Under the pieces are notes generated by a model. The model saw nothing but the letters and a program-made list of their open reading frames with translations, was not told where the DNA came from and did not search any database. A program made the position numbers and the translations under genes. From an uncultured delta proteobacterium (GTDB lineage Bacteria > Desulfobacterota > Desulfobaccia > Desulfobaccales > 0-14-0-80-60-11): a stretch of 64,000 nt of DNA. The stretch covers positions 64,001-128,000 of the forward strand of contig CAWETI010000003.1 of the NCBI GenBank assembly GCA_963812015.1, in the 5' to 3' direction. Within the stretch, counting starts at the first letter, position 1. Each line of letters starts with the position of its first letter. Of this stretch, positions 1 through 11,645 are shown piece after piece.

Positions 1-3000
1 AATGTTGATTTGGGTTTCCGGCGAAAAGAGCGGATCGATCTCGTCCATCACCACTTCACTTTGCATATTATGATTACGGCAGATCTCCTCAACCAAATAA
101 CCCAGCGACGCGGACAGGCCCAGATCATCCAAACTTGACGGACTGAGGTCCCAAGACAAGCGTCGGACATTTTCGATGACCGTATCGATATAAGACAGCA
201 TGTGTTCGCAACCGGCCTTCAGGGGTTGCTGATCTGCCGACAACTCCTCTTCAATGGCCACCAAATGGATTTTCAAAACCGTCAGGGCCTGACCCAGCTC
301 GTCATGCAATTCCCTGGCGACCCGCCGACGCTCTTGTTCCTGGATGCTCAGGATTCGGGCCGTCAGCAGCCGCAGTTCCTGTTCCGACTCCTTCAGGGCC
401 TTCTCCGCCCGGCGGCCCTCGGCTCGGGCCCGCAGTGCCGTAATGCCATAGGCCAAATCGTTGGCCAGGCCCATAAGCAAGCTGACCTCTTCATCATCAA
501 AGGCATTGGCAGTTTCGGCATAGATGGCCAGGGCTCCGAAGGTATGGGCCTCGTTCAGCGGGAGAGCCAGAACCGAGGCATAGCCTCGTTTGAGGGCTTC
601 CTCACGCATGAAGGCCGCTTCGGGGTCAGTCTGCATATCCTGGCAAATCGCCGGTTTCCCCATTCGGATGGCTTTTCCCATGGGCCCGCGGCCCCGCACT
701 TGATCCGCCCAGGTTAACTGCAATTGCTCCACATAACCGTCATCAAATCCGGTTTGAGCCACCGGGCGGACGGATTTGCTGGCATCGTCCTGGGCAAAAC
801 CCACCCAGGCCATGCGATAACCGCCAACCTCCACGATGATCCGGCACACCTCGTTCAATAATTCCGTCTCATTGGTGGCGCGAATCAAGGCCTGGTGACA
901 TTCCGTGATGGCCTTGAAGGCGCGGCTGACTTGCCACAGCCGCTCTCCCATCCGCTTGCGTTCCGTGATATCCTCAATGATGCTCATAGTGCCGGTCTTG
1001 GCGCCGGCGCCATCATGGAGGGGCGCGGTGGACACGCTCACATCGATGAGGGAGCTGTCCCGCCGCTGCCGGCGCAGCTCCAAACCCAGTATGGTCTCCC
1101 CCTGCAGCCTGCGTTGATCCAGCGCCCTAAATTCATCCTTCTGGCTTTTGGGTATGATTGGCAAGGGTTGCCCCAAAACCTCTTCCTGACGCCACCCAAA
1201 CATGCGTTCCGCCGCCGGATTCCAGCTTATGATCTTGCCTCCCATGTCCCTGGCGATAATAGCCAGGGGAGAGGCTTCAACCAGGGTCCGCAGTCGATTG
1301 TTGACCTCCTGCAGGGCCGCGGCCGCCCGTTGGCTCGCGGTGATATCCCGGGCAACGGTGGAGATAAACTCCACCTTACCCGAAGCGCCTTTATGGACAA
1401 TGACTACCTGGGACGTGGGGATTTCCTGACCGGTGCGGCTCAAAAACGTGGTTTCCCCGCTCCAGACCTCGTGGCCTATGGCCCCGGCAACGCCATGCTC
1501 TCCAATGAATCGGGAAGCCCACTCGGGCTGTAGGTCTTTAACCGTGAGCCGCGAGACATCCTCATCCACCCCGATACCCAACATGGTGCGACCGGCCCGG
1601 TTGATATAGAGCACCCGGCCCTCATGGTCGGCGGTGCCCACCAGATCGGAAGTGGCTTCCAGGATGGCGGCCAGGCGCGCCCGTCCGGCTTCGGCTTGCT
1701 TCTGCTCGGTAATATCCCGGTTGATTTCCAAAATAGCGGCGGGGTTTCCTGCCTGGTCCCGCTGCAAAGCCCAGCGGCTGGTCACGACGATGCGCCGGCC
1801 ATCCCGCCGGGTATGCGCTAACTCACCCTGCCATTGCCCCTGGCGAAAAAACTTGGCTACCAGGTCCTCCACCGGGGAGGGAAACTCCGTGTGCAGGAGT
1901 TCATAGGTGTCTTGCCCCACCACTTCTGTCTTGCTCCAGCCATAGGTTTCCTCGGCCCCGGCATTCCAGAAGACAATGCGGTTATTCAGGTCTCGGACGA
2001 TAATGGCGTCGTGGGCCAGGTCCAGAAGTTCGGCCTGACGGTGCAACTCTTTCTCCACCCGCTTACGCGCCGTGATATCGGCAAGAATCCCCATATTGCC
2101 GATGATTTCGCCGTTGGCGCCCAACAGCGACGCGGTCCATAAATGCACGTCAAGCATCGAGCCGTCTTTGCACACGCGCTTAAGTTCCAGGGCCGATTGC
2201 GCCGTTCCCGCCATTTCCCTCTGAAGCCTGACTTCCTCCTCAGTCCACTGGTATTCCGGAATCACGGGGAGATACCCCCCCATCACTTCTGATGCCTGCC
2301 AGCCGAACATACGTTCCGCCCCGGGGTTCCATAGGGTGATTTTGAAATCGAGATCCAGGGTAATGATGGCCAGAGGCGACGCCTGGATTAAGGTCTGCAA
2401 GGTGTGGGTGGTTTCCCGCAGGGCCTCCTCAGCTTGTTTTCTTTCGGTAATGTCCAGGGCCAGTCCCTGCAGGAACAGAAACTCACCTGCCTTATCATAG
2501 ACCATCCTGGCTTCATCCCGGAACCAGACGACCCGGCCGGATTTGGCCAGCAGGCGGTATTCGGTGGCAAACGGCTCACCCGATGCGAAACTATGGGCAA
2601 TCTCGTTCAGCACCCGCTCCCGGTCATCCAAATGGATCTGCCGTTCCCAGGTCTCCCTGCCATCAGCCCGCCATTCCGCGGGGAAAAGCCGAGCAGGGTC
2701 TCGATCTGCGGGCTGACATAGAGGAGGTCGACTCCTTTAGCGAGCGAGATGATGTAGGTGATGGCCGGGATTTGCTCCACCAGGGTGCGATATTTGGCCT
2801 CGCTAAAGCGCAGGGATTGTTCAATCTTGGTGCGGACCCGGAGTTCCGCTTCCAGCGAGGCATTGGCTTGTTGCAATTGCGCGGTCCGTTCCGCCACCCT
2901 GATTTCCAGGTCCTCCTTGGCCCGGCGTAGGGCCGCTTCCGCCTGGACCCGGGCAATGGCGCTGCCTACCTGGGTAGCCAGGGTTTCCAGGGCCACCCGG

Positions 3001-4691
3001 GCCGTGGCCGGCACCTCTTCATAGTGGTGGGAAGCGATGTTGATAGAGGCGATGACCCGGTCCTGGTGGATTACCGGGATGATCGTGGCCGAGCGGAGAC
3101 CTTCCTTCAGGCCCCTTTCATCCAGTATTCCCGGCAGGTCTTGCAGGCGGGCATACACGGGTCTTCCCGCCAGAACGACATAAGCATTGAGTGAGTCGGC
3201 CGGGTAATGCGAGACGCTATGCACGAACTCGGGGGAGAAGCCCTGGTGATAGGCCAGGTCCAGATCTCCGGAAGCGGGGTCCACCAGATACACCCCCCCG
3301 CTGTCCAGGCCCGAAATCATGATGGCAGTTTCCAAGCAGAACCGCAAAGTCTCGTGCAACCCGACCTTGCCGCTGAGGGTCAGGCCCAAATCGCGCTGGA
3401 GGCGGATGATCGCCTCGGTGCGCCGGCGTTCCTCAATCTCACGGCGTAGTTGGGTGTTGGCCGCCTGTAATCCCGCAGTCCGCTCGGCCACCAATCCTTC
3501 CAGCTCTTCAAAGGCCCGGCGCCGGAGATCTTCCATCTGCTTGCGTTCGGTGATGTCCTCCTGGACTGCAATCCAACATTGCTTCCCGGCTATTTCCAGG
3601 GCACTGATCCGGGCATAGGAATGGAAGGGGGTGCCGTCTTTCCGGCGGTTCCTGACCTCACCGGCCCAGAGCCCGGTGGTCCGCAACTGCTTTATAATAT
3701 CCCCGGCAATCCTGGCGCTTTCCTCCGCAGAACCATCGTTTAACACTGATACCTGTTGACCGATCAATTCCCCTGGCTGATAGCCGAACATGGCGCAGGA
3801 TGCCGGGTTAGTAAACACGATCCGTTCATCTTCGTCAGTCATGACAACGCCTTCCGCCATGCTCTCCAGGACCCGGGTCTGGGTTTGCAAAGACTCTGCC
3901 ACCCGCTGGCGTTCAGTGATGTCCAGCAAAGTGCCGACAATGGCCGGCCGCCCCTGGTATTCCACCGCCCGCCCGAAGGACTCGCAGTAAATCACGCTGC
4001 CGTCTCGGTGAAGACCCCGGAAGGTATAATGCGCCGCCTCCAGTTCACCGGAGAGCCGCCGGCGGATGTTCTCCTGAACCAGGGGGAGGTCTTCGGGGTG
4101 AATCAGGTCACTGGGCGCCACTGCCCCGGCCATAATTTCCTCCGGCTGGTACCCGAATGTCTGGGCCATGGTGGGATTTACATAGACGAGGCACCGGTCC
4201 TGAACGACGTACACCCCGGCCAAAGAACTTTCCGTGACCATGCGGTAACGGGCTTCGCTCCCTTTCAGGGCCTCTTGCGCTTGCTTGCGCTGGTCGATAT
4301 CCCGGAACACTGCCAGGATACGGTCGCGGCCATCGAGCCGGACGGGTTTCAGGTGCACTTCCACCCAGAAAACCCGTCCGGCTCGATCCCGGGCCTGCCA
4401 TTCAAAGACCTGGGAGCTTCCAAGCGCGACCTTGGCCAATAACCTTTGGGCCGATTCCGGTGGCGCCCCGGAATCGGAATCACTGCCACCCAAGGTCGTC
4501 ACGTTGAGCTGCCGGGCTTCCTCCGGGGTGTACCCGAACATCTCGCACATCCCCCGATTGACGTCGATGATCTCACCGGTCGCACCATCGTGCATCAGAA
4601 TGGCATCGTCCAACGCATTGAAAATCGCCCGGCAATCAGCCCGGGAAATATCCATGGCAGGTCCTGCCCCCGCATAGTCTTGTAAGGCCAC
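1..4691 (-). pseudogene. Very large multi-PAS/GAF sensor histidine kinase (HisKA_3, NarX/UhpB type); frameshifted at about 2680; C-terminus runs off the window start
   Basis: ORF 2607..4691 has several PAS/PAC repeats (RDIDQRK, LDITERQ, EDITERK) and a GAF domain, then degenerates after 'LLGFSP'. Adding one C to the CCCC run (gggg at 2680-2683 on +) restores PAS sequence (AEWRADGRETWERQIHLDDRERV...LDITERKQAEEAL). That frame matches the segments I translated down to position 1, including the H-box RELHDELGQALT. Confidence 0.85.
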
Positions 4692-4777
4692 TATCCTGCG
4701 CCCCTTGTCATTTATTCATGTAAACTGTTGTTTATTATAATTATTGTATCTTTAATTAATCATTATTTCCAGGAGAA

Positions 4778-5395
4778 TCAGGAGGATTCCCCATCGGTGG
4801 CGTTGAGCATTTCCTGGGTCAGCAAATTCAATAAACCCCATACCGCATCCAGAGACCAGAATCGGTCCAGGTGGGCCGGCAAGGTAAACGAAACCTGGGC
4901 CGGGAACTCATCGTCGGCCTGCCATAAAATTACTTCCACCACCAAACCGGGGAAGACGTGCAGCGCCACCGCCGCATCGCCTGCGGGCCTGGCCTCGCCC
5001 TGCAGTTTTTTCCCGGCTGCCGCAAAACCGGCCGCGTCCCGGCCGAAGCGCTCTTCCAAAGGGGCGCCGGGCAGGTTGTGGTGGCCCCGGAAAAAAGTGG
5101 CCCCGCCGGGTAATTCCAGCGGACTGATCGCCGGCCCCAGGAGTGGCGGGTTGACGTGCAACAGGTACAACAAAGCCGTGAGGCAGAGCCGAAATCCAGG
5201 CTCCGCCTCGGGGGCATCACCAAGCTGCACCTGCCGCCGGATCGGGTCCAGCCGCAAGCTCCGGTCCAGAAACGGCAGATGATACACTCCCCCCTGATAC
5301 CCTGCCCCGGTGCGGTCGGAAATTTCTTGGGGGTCGCGACCCTCGAAATCCTGCCAGATTTCCTCGCTTACGTCGCTACACTTTTCATACGCCAT
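4778..5395 (-). CDS. DUF3786-family protein
   Basis: Motifs ELPGGATFF, VFPGLVVEVILWQADDEFPA resemble DUF3786. Start chosen at MAYEK, after a GGAGG ribosome-binding site. Confidence 0.7.
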   Translation of the reverse strand: MAYEKCSDVSEEIWQDFEGRDPQEISDRTGAGYQGGVYHLPFLDRSLRLDPIRRQVQLGDAPEAEPGFRLCLTALLYLLHVNPPLLGPAISPLELPGGATFFRGHHNLPGAPLEERFGRDAAGFAAAGKKLQGEARPAGDAAVALHVFPGLVVEVILWQADDEFPAQVSFTLPAHLDRFWSLDAVWGLLNLLTQEMLNATDGESS

Positions 5396-5622
5396 GGCTG
5401 ACCTCCGGGGATGCCGACGTCCAACCGGAGACGGTAACAATCGAGAAAATCCTCTTGGGGATGGAGTCCGCCGGGGCCCGGAATCATCCGGATATCCGGG
5501 CGTGGCCGCCCCCTTGCGCTTTTTGCAGCTCCGGTCAGGCGCAACTTAGATGATTCATGGGGTTCGGCATCATGGTATATTACCCAATGGATTCTCTATA
5601 AATACCTCACTATGGGCGGAAC

Positions 5623-7713
5623 ATGCAAAAATTCTTCTATCCACGCAGTGTGGCCGTGGTGGGAGTCTCCGAAGACCCCGCCAACCTGGCCCAGGGAATT
5701 GTCGCCAACCTGCTGCACTTCAAGTATCAGGGAAAAATCTTCCTGGTGGGGCGCCGGCCCGGCGTAACCTTCGGCCTGCCCATCTTTCCCGGGTTATCTG
5801 ACCTGCCCGAGAAAGTGGACCTCGTGGCCATCCTGGCGCCGGCCCGGGTCGTACCTTCCCTGGTGAGAGAATGCGGCGAACTGGGGATTTCCCGGGTAGT
5901 GGTGGAATCCGCCGGTTTCTCGGAATTGAACGACGCAGGTAAAGCCCTGGGAGACGAGGTGCAAGCGGCTCTCCGCCAGTATGGCATGCGCCTGGTGGGG
6001 CCCAATGGCCTGGGCCTCGTCAACCTCGAGATCGGCCTAGCCCTGCCCTTTGCCCAGATCGGCTCCCGCATTCGCAAGGGCCGCATCTCCATCATTGCCC
6101 AGAGCGGTGGGGTGGCCACCCATGTCCTGGCCTGGATGACCAAAGAAGGCCTGGGCCTCAACAAGTTTTTGAGTCTGGGCAACAAGCTCGATCTGGCCGA
6201 AAACGAGGTCCTGGAGTATCTGCTGGAGGACCCGGGCACCGAGGCCATCTACATTTACCTGGAAGGCCTGGAAGACGGCCGGGGGCTCCTGGCCGTTGCC
6301 GACCGGGCCGCCAAGCCCATCTACCTGCATCTGGCCAATGTGGGGCCGGAGACGGCCACCATCGCCCAATCACATACCGCCTCCCTGACCACCGATGAGC
6401 GGGTGCTGGAGGCCGCCTGCCGCCAAAGCCGGATCGCCCGGGTCAAGACTCAGTCCGAGTTTTTGAACGCCGCCCGCCTGGTGGGCCAACCCCCGGTTCG
6501 GGGCAATCGCCTGGTGGTCTTCTCCCGTAGCGGCGGCGAGGCCGTGGTCACCGCCTATGCCTGCCGAAAGTTTGGTTTCACCCTGCCGCCCCTGTCCGAG
6601 TCGCTGGTCCAGTCCATCAAGGCGCGCTCCCGGGCCGGGGTTATCCACCCCACCAACCCCATCGACCTGGGGGATATCTTTGATTTCGGCGTTTACACTG
6701 ACATCATGGCCGCGGTGTGCCGGGACCCCCAGGTGGATGCGGTGCTGTTCCACTATGGGCCGGTGGCGGATTTTGAGCGGGAACTCGCCCGGGAGATGGC
6801 CCGGCGCATGGTGGAGTTGGCCCGAGAGGCCCAAAAACCCCTGGCCATCACCGTAGTGTGCACCCTGGATGAAGCGGACTATCTCCGGGAAACCCTGGGG
6901 ATTCCGACCTTTCATTTTCCCGAGGACGCGGTCCAGGCCCTGGCCCTCAGCCGTGACCTGGCGGCCCGGGGAGAAAGCCGGGGGCCGGCGGCGCCATCGC
7001 CCCCCTTGCGGGAGACCGACACTATTGCCCGGGCCCTGGCTGGCCCCCACCCGGCAGGTTTTATCTCTCTCTCCCGGGCCCTGGCCGTGATCGAGGCCCT
7101 GGGCATCCCGTTGGCCCCCTGGGTTGCGGTCGCCGGCCCGGATGAGGCGACGGCCGCAGCCGCCCACCTGGGTTTTCCGGTGGTGCTCAAGCTCTCCGCC
7201 CCTAGCCTGATTCACAAAACTGAGGCCGGCGGGCTCGCTATGGACCTGCATGATGCGGCCGCAGTTCAGGAAGCCTTCGCCCGGCTGGCTGAAGTGGCCC
7301 AGGGCCATCTGCCGCCCCATGAGGCCTGGGAGGTGGTGGTCATGTCCCAGGTGGCCGGGGGCCGGGAAGTGCTCCTGGGGGCCCGTCGGGATGATTCCTT
7401 CGGCCCGGTGGTGGCCTTCGGCGCCGGGGGCGTTGATACCGAAATCCTGGACGACGTCTCCCTCCGGGTCGCCCCCCTATCACCGGCCCAGGCCCGGGAC
7501 CTCATGGCCGAAACCCGTATCGGCCGCATCCTGGCGGGGACCCGGGGCCAACCGCCGGCGGACCTGGGCAGCTTGAGCCGGGCCCTGGCGGCCTTGTCCC
7601 AGTTGATGCGCCAGTTTTCCCAAATCCGGGAAGTTGACCTCAACCCGGTGCGGGTCTTGCCGGGAAAACCAGGGATGCTGGCCCTGGACGCCCGCATCCG
7701 GGTGGATAGGTAA
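5623..7713 (+). CDS. NDP-forming acyl-CoA synthetase (acetate-CoA ligase, alpha+beta fused)
   Basis: N-terminal CoA-binding (PRSVAVVG, SAGFSE, GPNGLG, AQSGG, GNKLD), phospho-His motif SHTASL, NPIDL, C-terminal ATP-grasp (HKTEAGG, FGPVVAFGAGG, EVDLNP, LDARI). No GNAT domain. Confidence 0.85.
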   Translation: MQKFFYPRSVAVVGVSEDPANLAQGIVANLLHFKYQGKIFLVGRRPGVTFGLPIFPGLSDLPEKVDLVAILAPARVVPSLVRECGELGISRVVVESAGFSELNDAGKALGDEVQAALRQYGMRLVGPNGLGLVNLEIGLALPFAQIGSRIRKGRISIIAQSGGVATHVLAWMTKEGLGLNKFLSLGNKLDLAENEVLEYLLEDPGTEAIYIYLEGLEDGRGLLAVADRAAKPIYLHLANVGPETATIAQSHTASLTTDERVLEAACRQSRIARVKTQSEFLNAARLVGQPPVRGNRLVVFSRSGGEAVVTAYACRKFGFTLPPLSESLVQSIKARSRAGVIHPTNPIDLGDIFDFGVYTDIMAAVCRDPQVDAVLFHYGPVADFERELAREMARRMVELAREAQKPLAITVVCTLDEADYLRETLGIPTFHFPEDAVQALALSRDLAARGESRGPAAPSPPLRETDTIARALAGPHPAGFISLSRALAVIEALGIPLAPWVAVAGPDEATAAAAHLGFPVVLKLSAPSLIHKTEAGGLAMDLHDAAAVQEAFARLAEVAQGHLPPHEAWEVVVMSQVAGGREVLLGARRDDSFGPVVAFGAGGVDTEILDDVSLRVAPLSPAQARDLMAETRIGRILAGTRGQPPADLGSLSRALAALSQLMRQFSQIREVDLNPVRVLPGKPGMLALDARIRVDR

Positions 7714-8056
7714 GTCTTCTCCGAGCCCCGGACTGAAAGCGTCGAATCGCAACTGGCGTCGCGATTCAGAAATACCTTAACAAATAGTGCGCCATTTTTT
7801 CCTTCCCCTTGATGGGGGAGGGTCGGGGTGGGGGTGAAAGAAATCCCTGGGAATCCATAGATGTTGAGAATGAATTCCCCCTCCCCCCACCTGGGCGCCG
7901 GCGCCGCAGCCGCGGCAGGCTTGCCCAGATTTTGAAAGGTAGTTATATTTAATAAACAATGTTTCGATAACTTCCTGCCTCCTGAGGTCTTCCAGCGCAG
8001 GTCCCCTTGCCCTGGTTAATTCCGCGTAGAAAGATAGCGAAGAGGATAAGAGAATC

Positions 8057-8818
8057 ATGAGCGGTCTTGAGTTTGTCCTGGTGGGTCTGGCTGCGGTCGT
8101 CGGGGGTGCGGTGAATGCCCTGGCCGGCGGCGGCACCCTCATAACTTTTCCGATGCTCACTGCGGTGGGTGTCCCGGCGGTTGCGGCCAACATCACCAAT
8201 ACGGTGGCGCTCTGTCCCGGTTACCTCGGGGGGGCCTTGGCCCAGTTGCGCGACCTGCGCGGGCATGAGCGACGGTTGTGGCTGCTCGCGCCGGCCGGGG
8301 CCCTGGGCGGGATCGCCGGGGGCATCTTGCTCCTGAACACCGGCGAGCATGCCTTTCGGACGATGGTGCCTTACTTGATCCTCCTCGCCACCGGCTTGTT
8401 GGCCGTCCAGGACCGACTGCGGACCTGGCTCGTGCAGCGGGCCGAACGGAAAGGAACGGGGACCCCCCACGAGGCCTGGACGGTTCTGCCGGTAGGCTTG
8501 GCCTCGATCTACGGGGGCTATTTCGGGGCCGGGCTCAGCGTGATCGTGCTGGCCGTGTTGGGACTCGTTCTGGATGACACCCTGACCCGATTGAACGCCC
8601 TCAAGCAAGTCCTGTCGTTCAGCATCAACCTTGCCGCAGCCATCTTCTTCCTGTTTTCGGGGCAGGTGGTGTGGTCGGCGATGCTGGTGATGGCGGTGGG
8701 CGCCCTAATGGGCGGCGCCTTGGGCGGCCGCCTGGCCGGGCGGATTCGAGCGGTCACCTTGCGCCGGATCATCGTGACGGCCGGGGTCGTGATCGCCTTG
8801 ATCTATTTCATCCGCTGA
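8057..8818 (+). CDS. Sulfite exporter TauE/SafE (TSUP) family membrane protein
   Basis: Hydrophobic 253 aa with [13 protein letters not shown] and YGGYFGAG motifs. Confidence 0.85.
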   Translation: MSGLEFVLVGLAAVVGGAVNALAGGGTLITFPMLTAVGVPAVAANITNTVALCPGYLGGALAQLRDLRGHERRLWLLAPAGALGGIAGGILLLNTGEHAFRTMVPYLILLATGLLAVQDRLRTWLVQRAERKGTGTPHEAWTVLPVGLASIYGGYFGAGLSVIVLAVLGLVLDDTLTRLNALKQVLSFSINLAAAIFFLFSGQVVWSAMLVMAVGALMGGALGGRLAGRIRAVTLRRIIVTAGVVIALIYFIR

Positions 8819-8922
8819 GAGCATCGGCGGCTTCAAGACAATCTTTGCCCGTGTGCTTCTTTTTTTAAAGATAATCTTACGACCCGGCGGCAGGGAACCT
8901 TAAAGAAGCGGGGGCTGCGCCC

Positions 8923-9669
8923 ATGAAAGACAAGATGAAAGAGATTACCCCCCGGACGCTGGCGGCGCTCATCCGCCGGCATCCCCGGGTGGTGGCCCTC
9001 ACCGGGGCCGGCATCTCGGTTGAGTCGGGCATCCCCAGCTTTAGGGGGGCGGGCGGCCTCTGGGACCGCTATGACCCCATGGAATACGCCCATATCCAGG
9101 CCTTGCGCCGCGACCCGGCCAAGGTCTGGCAACTCCTCAAAGAGATGGACGCGACCATCACCCGGGCCCGGCCCAATCCGGCCCACTACGCCCTGGCGGA
9201 GTTGGAGGCCAGGGGGTTTTTAGTCGGCATCATCACCCAGAACGTCGATAATCTCCACCAGGCGGCGGGGTCAAAGCGGGTGGTGGAGTACCACGGCAAT
9301 GCCCTGCGTTTCATCTGCGATACCTGCAAGGGCCATCACCCCCGGGAGACCCTGGATTTTTCCCAGACCCCGCTCTATTGCCTGTGCGGCGGCCTGATCC
9401 GGCCCGCCGTGGTCTTCTTCGGGGAGCCAATCCCGGCCCAGGCCCAGGAGGAAGCGGAAGAACTGGCCCAGCACTGCGACCTGCTCCTGGTCATCGGCAC
9501 TTCGGGCGAGGTGGCCCCGGCCAGCTACATCCCGGCCATCGCCAAGGAATGGCACGCCATTATCGTGGAAAGCAACCTGGAACCCACCCGTCTCACCTCC
9601 AGCCTCACCGACCACTTCCTCAAAGGCTCTGCGGGGGAATTGCTGCCACAAGTTCTGGAAAATATATAA
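8923..9669 (+). CDS. cobB: NAD-dependent protein deacylase (sirtuin)
   Basis: [38 protein letters not shown], zinc Cys (CDTC/CLCG), [14 protein letters not shown]. Confidence 0.92.
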   Translation: MKDKMKEITPRTLAALIRRHPRVVALTGAGISVESGIPSFRGAGGLWDRYDPMEYAHIQALRRDPAKVWQLLKEMDATITRARPNPAHYALAELEARGFLVGIITQNVDNLHQAAGSKRVVEYHGNALRFICDTCKGHHPRETLDFSQTPLYCLCGGLIRPAVVFFGEPIPAQAQEEAEELAQHCDLLLVIGTSGEVAPASYIPAIAKEWHAIIVESNLEPTRLTSSLTDHFLKGSAGELLPQVLENI

Positions 9670-9763
9670 AATAATTTATAAATTTTTCTTGTAATCTGAA
9701 ATAATTAGGTTGTAATATTGTGCCATTGTGATGAATAAAAAGTTTGCAGTATGAGAGGCCAAA

Positions 9764-10228
9764 ATGACCGATGCAAAAATTGTATTCAAGGTAGGCACAA
9801 TTGAATTTACAGGTGAAGGGGAACAGGAGTGGCTATCTCAACAACTTGACAAGATTCTGGAGAAGGCAGCAGACCTTTCTGCGATTGTCCCACAATCTAT
9901 TGCCCCGCAAGGTACTGAATCGCAACCAGAATCTCACGCTCCAATGGGGCCAGATGCTAATATTGCACAACAAACTTTAGCCGCATTTTTGAGAGAAAAA
10001 AATGCCACTGCTCAGCAGACAAAGAAATTTCTGGCAACTGCGGTTTGGCTCGAAGCTAAAGGGAAAAATCGACTTACCACAGGAGATGTAATTAAAGCTC
10101 TTAAAGACAGTAATCAAACTAAGCTAAGCAATCCCTCCCGTAGCTTAACCGCAAATGTTTCTGCTGGCTTCTGCGAAAGAGATGGAAAAGAATTTTTTGT
10201 TACAGAAGATGGGAAAACGTCTCTTTAG
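9764..10228 (+). CDS. Hypothetical protein: short N-terminal beta-hairpin/helix, Pro-rich linker, probable C-terminal winged helix
   Basis: AT-rich 154-aa ORF with GAGG RBS. The C-terminus LTTGDVIKAL...NPSRSL...GFCERDGKEFFVTEDG looks like a wHTH. Confidence 0.7.
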   Translation: MTDAKIVFKVGTIEFTGEGEQEWLSQQLDKILEKAADLSAIVPQSIAPQGTESQPESHAPMGPDANIAQQTLAAFLREKNATAQQTKKFLATAVWLEAKGKNRLTTGDVIKALKDSNQTKLSNPSRSLTANVSAGFCERDGKEFFVTEDGKTSL

Positions 10229-10243
10229 AATATCTCAATAGAT

Positions 10244-10990
10244 ATGATAACGCCTGACCAAGCTCTCTCGTCAATTCCCCCTGCACTGAGGGAACCCCTT
10301 ATTGAAGAATATAATAATATTGTTCAAAATTACATGGAAAGGAGATGGTCCCCTTCAGAACTTAGCGGAGGAAAATTTTGTGAAATTGTCTACACTATCC
10401 TTGAAGGCTTTTTATCAGGTTCGTTTGCTTCCAGTCCAAGCAAACCGCGAGACTTTGTGTCCGCATGTCGCTCTCTTGAAACAAAAGCCTCAAGTGTAAG
10501 GAGTTTTCAAATCCTTATCCCTCGAATGTTGCCCCCCTTGTATGAAATTCGTAATAACAGAGGAGTTGGTCATGTTGGTGGGGACGTAGACCCAAATCAT
10601 ATGGACGCTATGTCAGTTCTGTCAATGACCTCATGGATCATGGGCGAGCTTGTTAGGGCATCCCATAGTGTAGGAACTGAAGAGGCCCAAAGAGTTGTAG
10701 ACTCGCTTACCGAACGTCGTATCCCATTGGTTTGGCAGGTAGCTGGATTAAAGCGGGTTCTTAATCCAAAATTATCATTAAAGGACCAGATTCTTTTACT
10801 TTTGTCGTCGGTTCCATCTGAAGTCGATTTTGAAGAACTTTTCAAATGGACTGATTATAAAAATAAATCGTATTTTAAAAAAACTTTAATACAGCTCCAT
10901 AAATTAAGATTTTTGGAATTTAATGAAAGAGAAAATAAAATTCAGATTCTCCCTCCTGGGTCTGATTATATACTGAAATTCGTTATGTAA
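10244..10990 (+). CDS. HEPN/Abi_C-like protein with probable C-terminal winged helix
   Basis: AT-rich 248-aa ORF 15 bp after the previous gene. Helical domain with KFCE and an Rx6H motif (RNNRGVGH); C-terminal wHTH-like tail (LIQLHKLRFLEF...IQILPPG). Confidence 0.7.
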   Translation: MITPDQALSSIPPALREPLIEEYNNIVQNYMERRWSPSELSGGKFCEIVYTILEGFLSGSFASSPSKPRDFVSACRSLETKASSVRSFQILIPRMLPPLYEIRNNRGVGHVGGDVDPNHMDAMSVLSMTSWIMGELVRASHSVGTEEAQRVVDSLTERRIPLVWQVAGLKRVLNPKLSLKDQILLLLSSVPSEVDFEELFKWTDYKNKSYFKKTLIQLHKLRFLEFNERENKIQILPPGSDYILKFVM

Positions 10991-11029
10991 TTTAGCTAGT
11001 TAAATAATTAGAAATAAATTTAAGAAAGA

Positions 11030-11056
11030 AAGGGGCGACCCAATGGGTCGCCCCTT
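11030..11056. terminator. GC-rich hairpin (REP-like/terminator) after the HEPN gene
   Basis: AAGGGGCGACCC-aat-GGGTCGCCCCTT perfect stem. Confidence 0.6.
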
Positions 11057-11146
11057 CTTATACGGGTTGGGAGGGCAGGGCCGTTGGCCCTGGCCCTCTC
11101 CCCAACTTCCCTCATTCCCCCTGCCGGGCGAACGTTAGCCCGTAGC

Positions 11147-11180
11147 CCGTAGGGCGGGAAAGCGAAGCGCATCCCGCCTT
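11147..11180. repeat. GTAG-type REP palindrome
   Basis: ccGTAGGGCGGGAaagcgaagcgcaTCCCGCCtt. Confidence 0.55.
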
Positions 11181-11288
11181 CCGATTCTTTAACCTTCTCC
11201 GTCATTCGTCGCCCCTGTGCTGGCTCTTGGCCCCGTTAACTGATAACCTTGCTCCCGCTTATCAATAAAAACCAAGCACGGGAAACCC

Positions 11289-11645
11289 ATGGATAAACGC
11301 TGTTCCATCTGCACTCACTCCGCCCTCGCCGAGATCGACCAGGCTTTGCGGGCCGGGGTGTCCCTGCGTTCACTGGCCGCCCAATACGGGCTTTCCCTCT
11401 CGGCTCTGTCCCGCCACACCAAACATCTTCGCCGGGCCCTTGCCAACGCCGCGGACGAGGTTCACCAGGCCCATCAAGCCGCGCTCCTGGATAAATTGGA
11501 CCTGTTTGATGTCCGCCTGGACCGAATCTTTCGCAAGTCCGAAGAACTCAACTCCCTCCATGTTTCCCTGGGCTGTATTCAGGAGGGCCTCCGCATCTTC
11601 GCCCTCCGGGAAAAAATCCGCCAATCCCGGGAAGGTCAGCTTTAA
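11289..11645 (+). CDS. Small Cys/His HTH protein with helical C-terminus
   Basis: CSICTH...GVSLRSLAAQYGLSLSALSRHTKH: CxxC, HTH, HxxH. Confidence 0.65.
   Translation: MDKRCSICTHSALAEIDQALRAGVSLRSLAAQYGLSLSALSRHTKHLRRALANAADEVHQAHQAALLDKLDLFDVRLDRIFRKSEELNSLHVSLGCIQEGLRIFALREKIRQSREGQL

Noticed and set aside
202..2930. Plus-strand ORFs of 65-212 aa over the kinase gene
   Set aside because: Antisense shadows of the minus-strand PAS kinase.
5623..7713. Protein lysine acetyltransferase (Pat/Pka)
   Set aside because: No GNAT domain, and the catalytic His of NDP-forming synthetases is retained.
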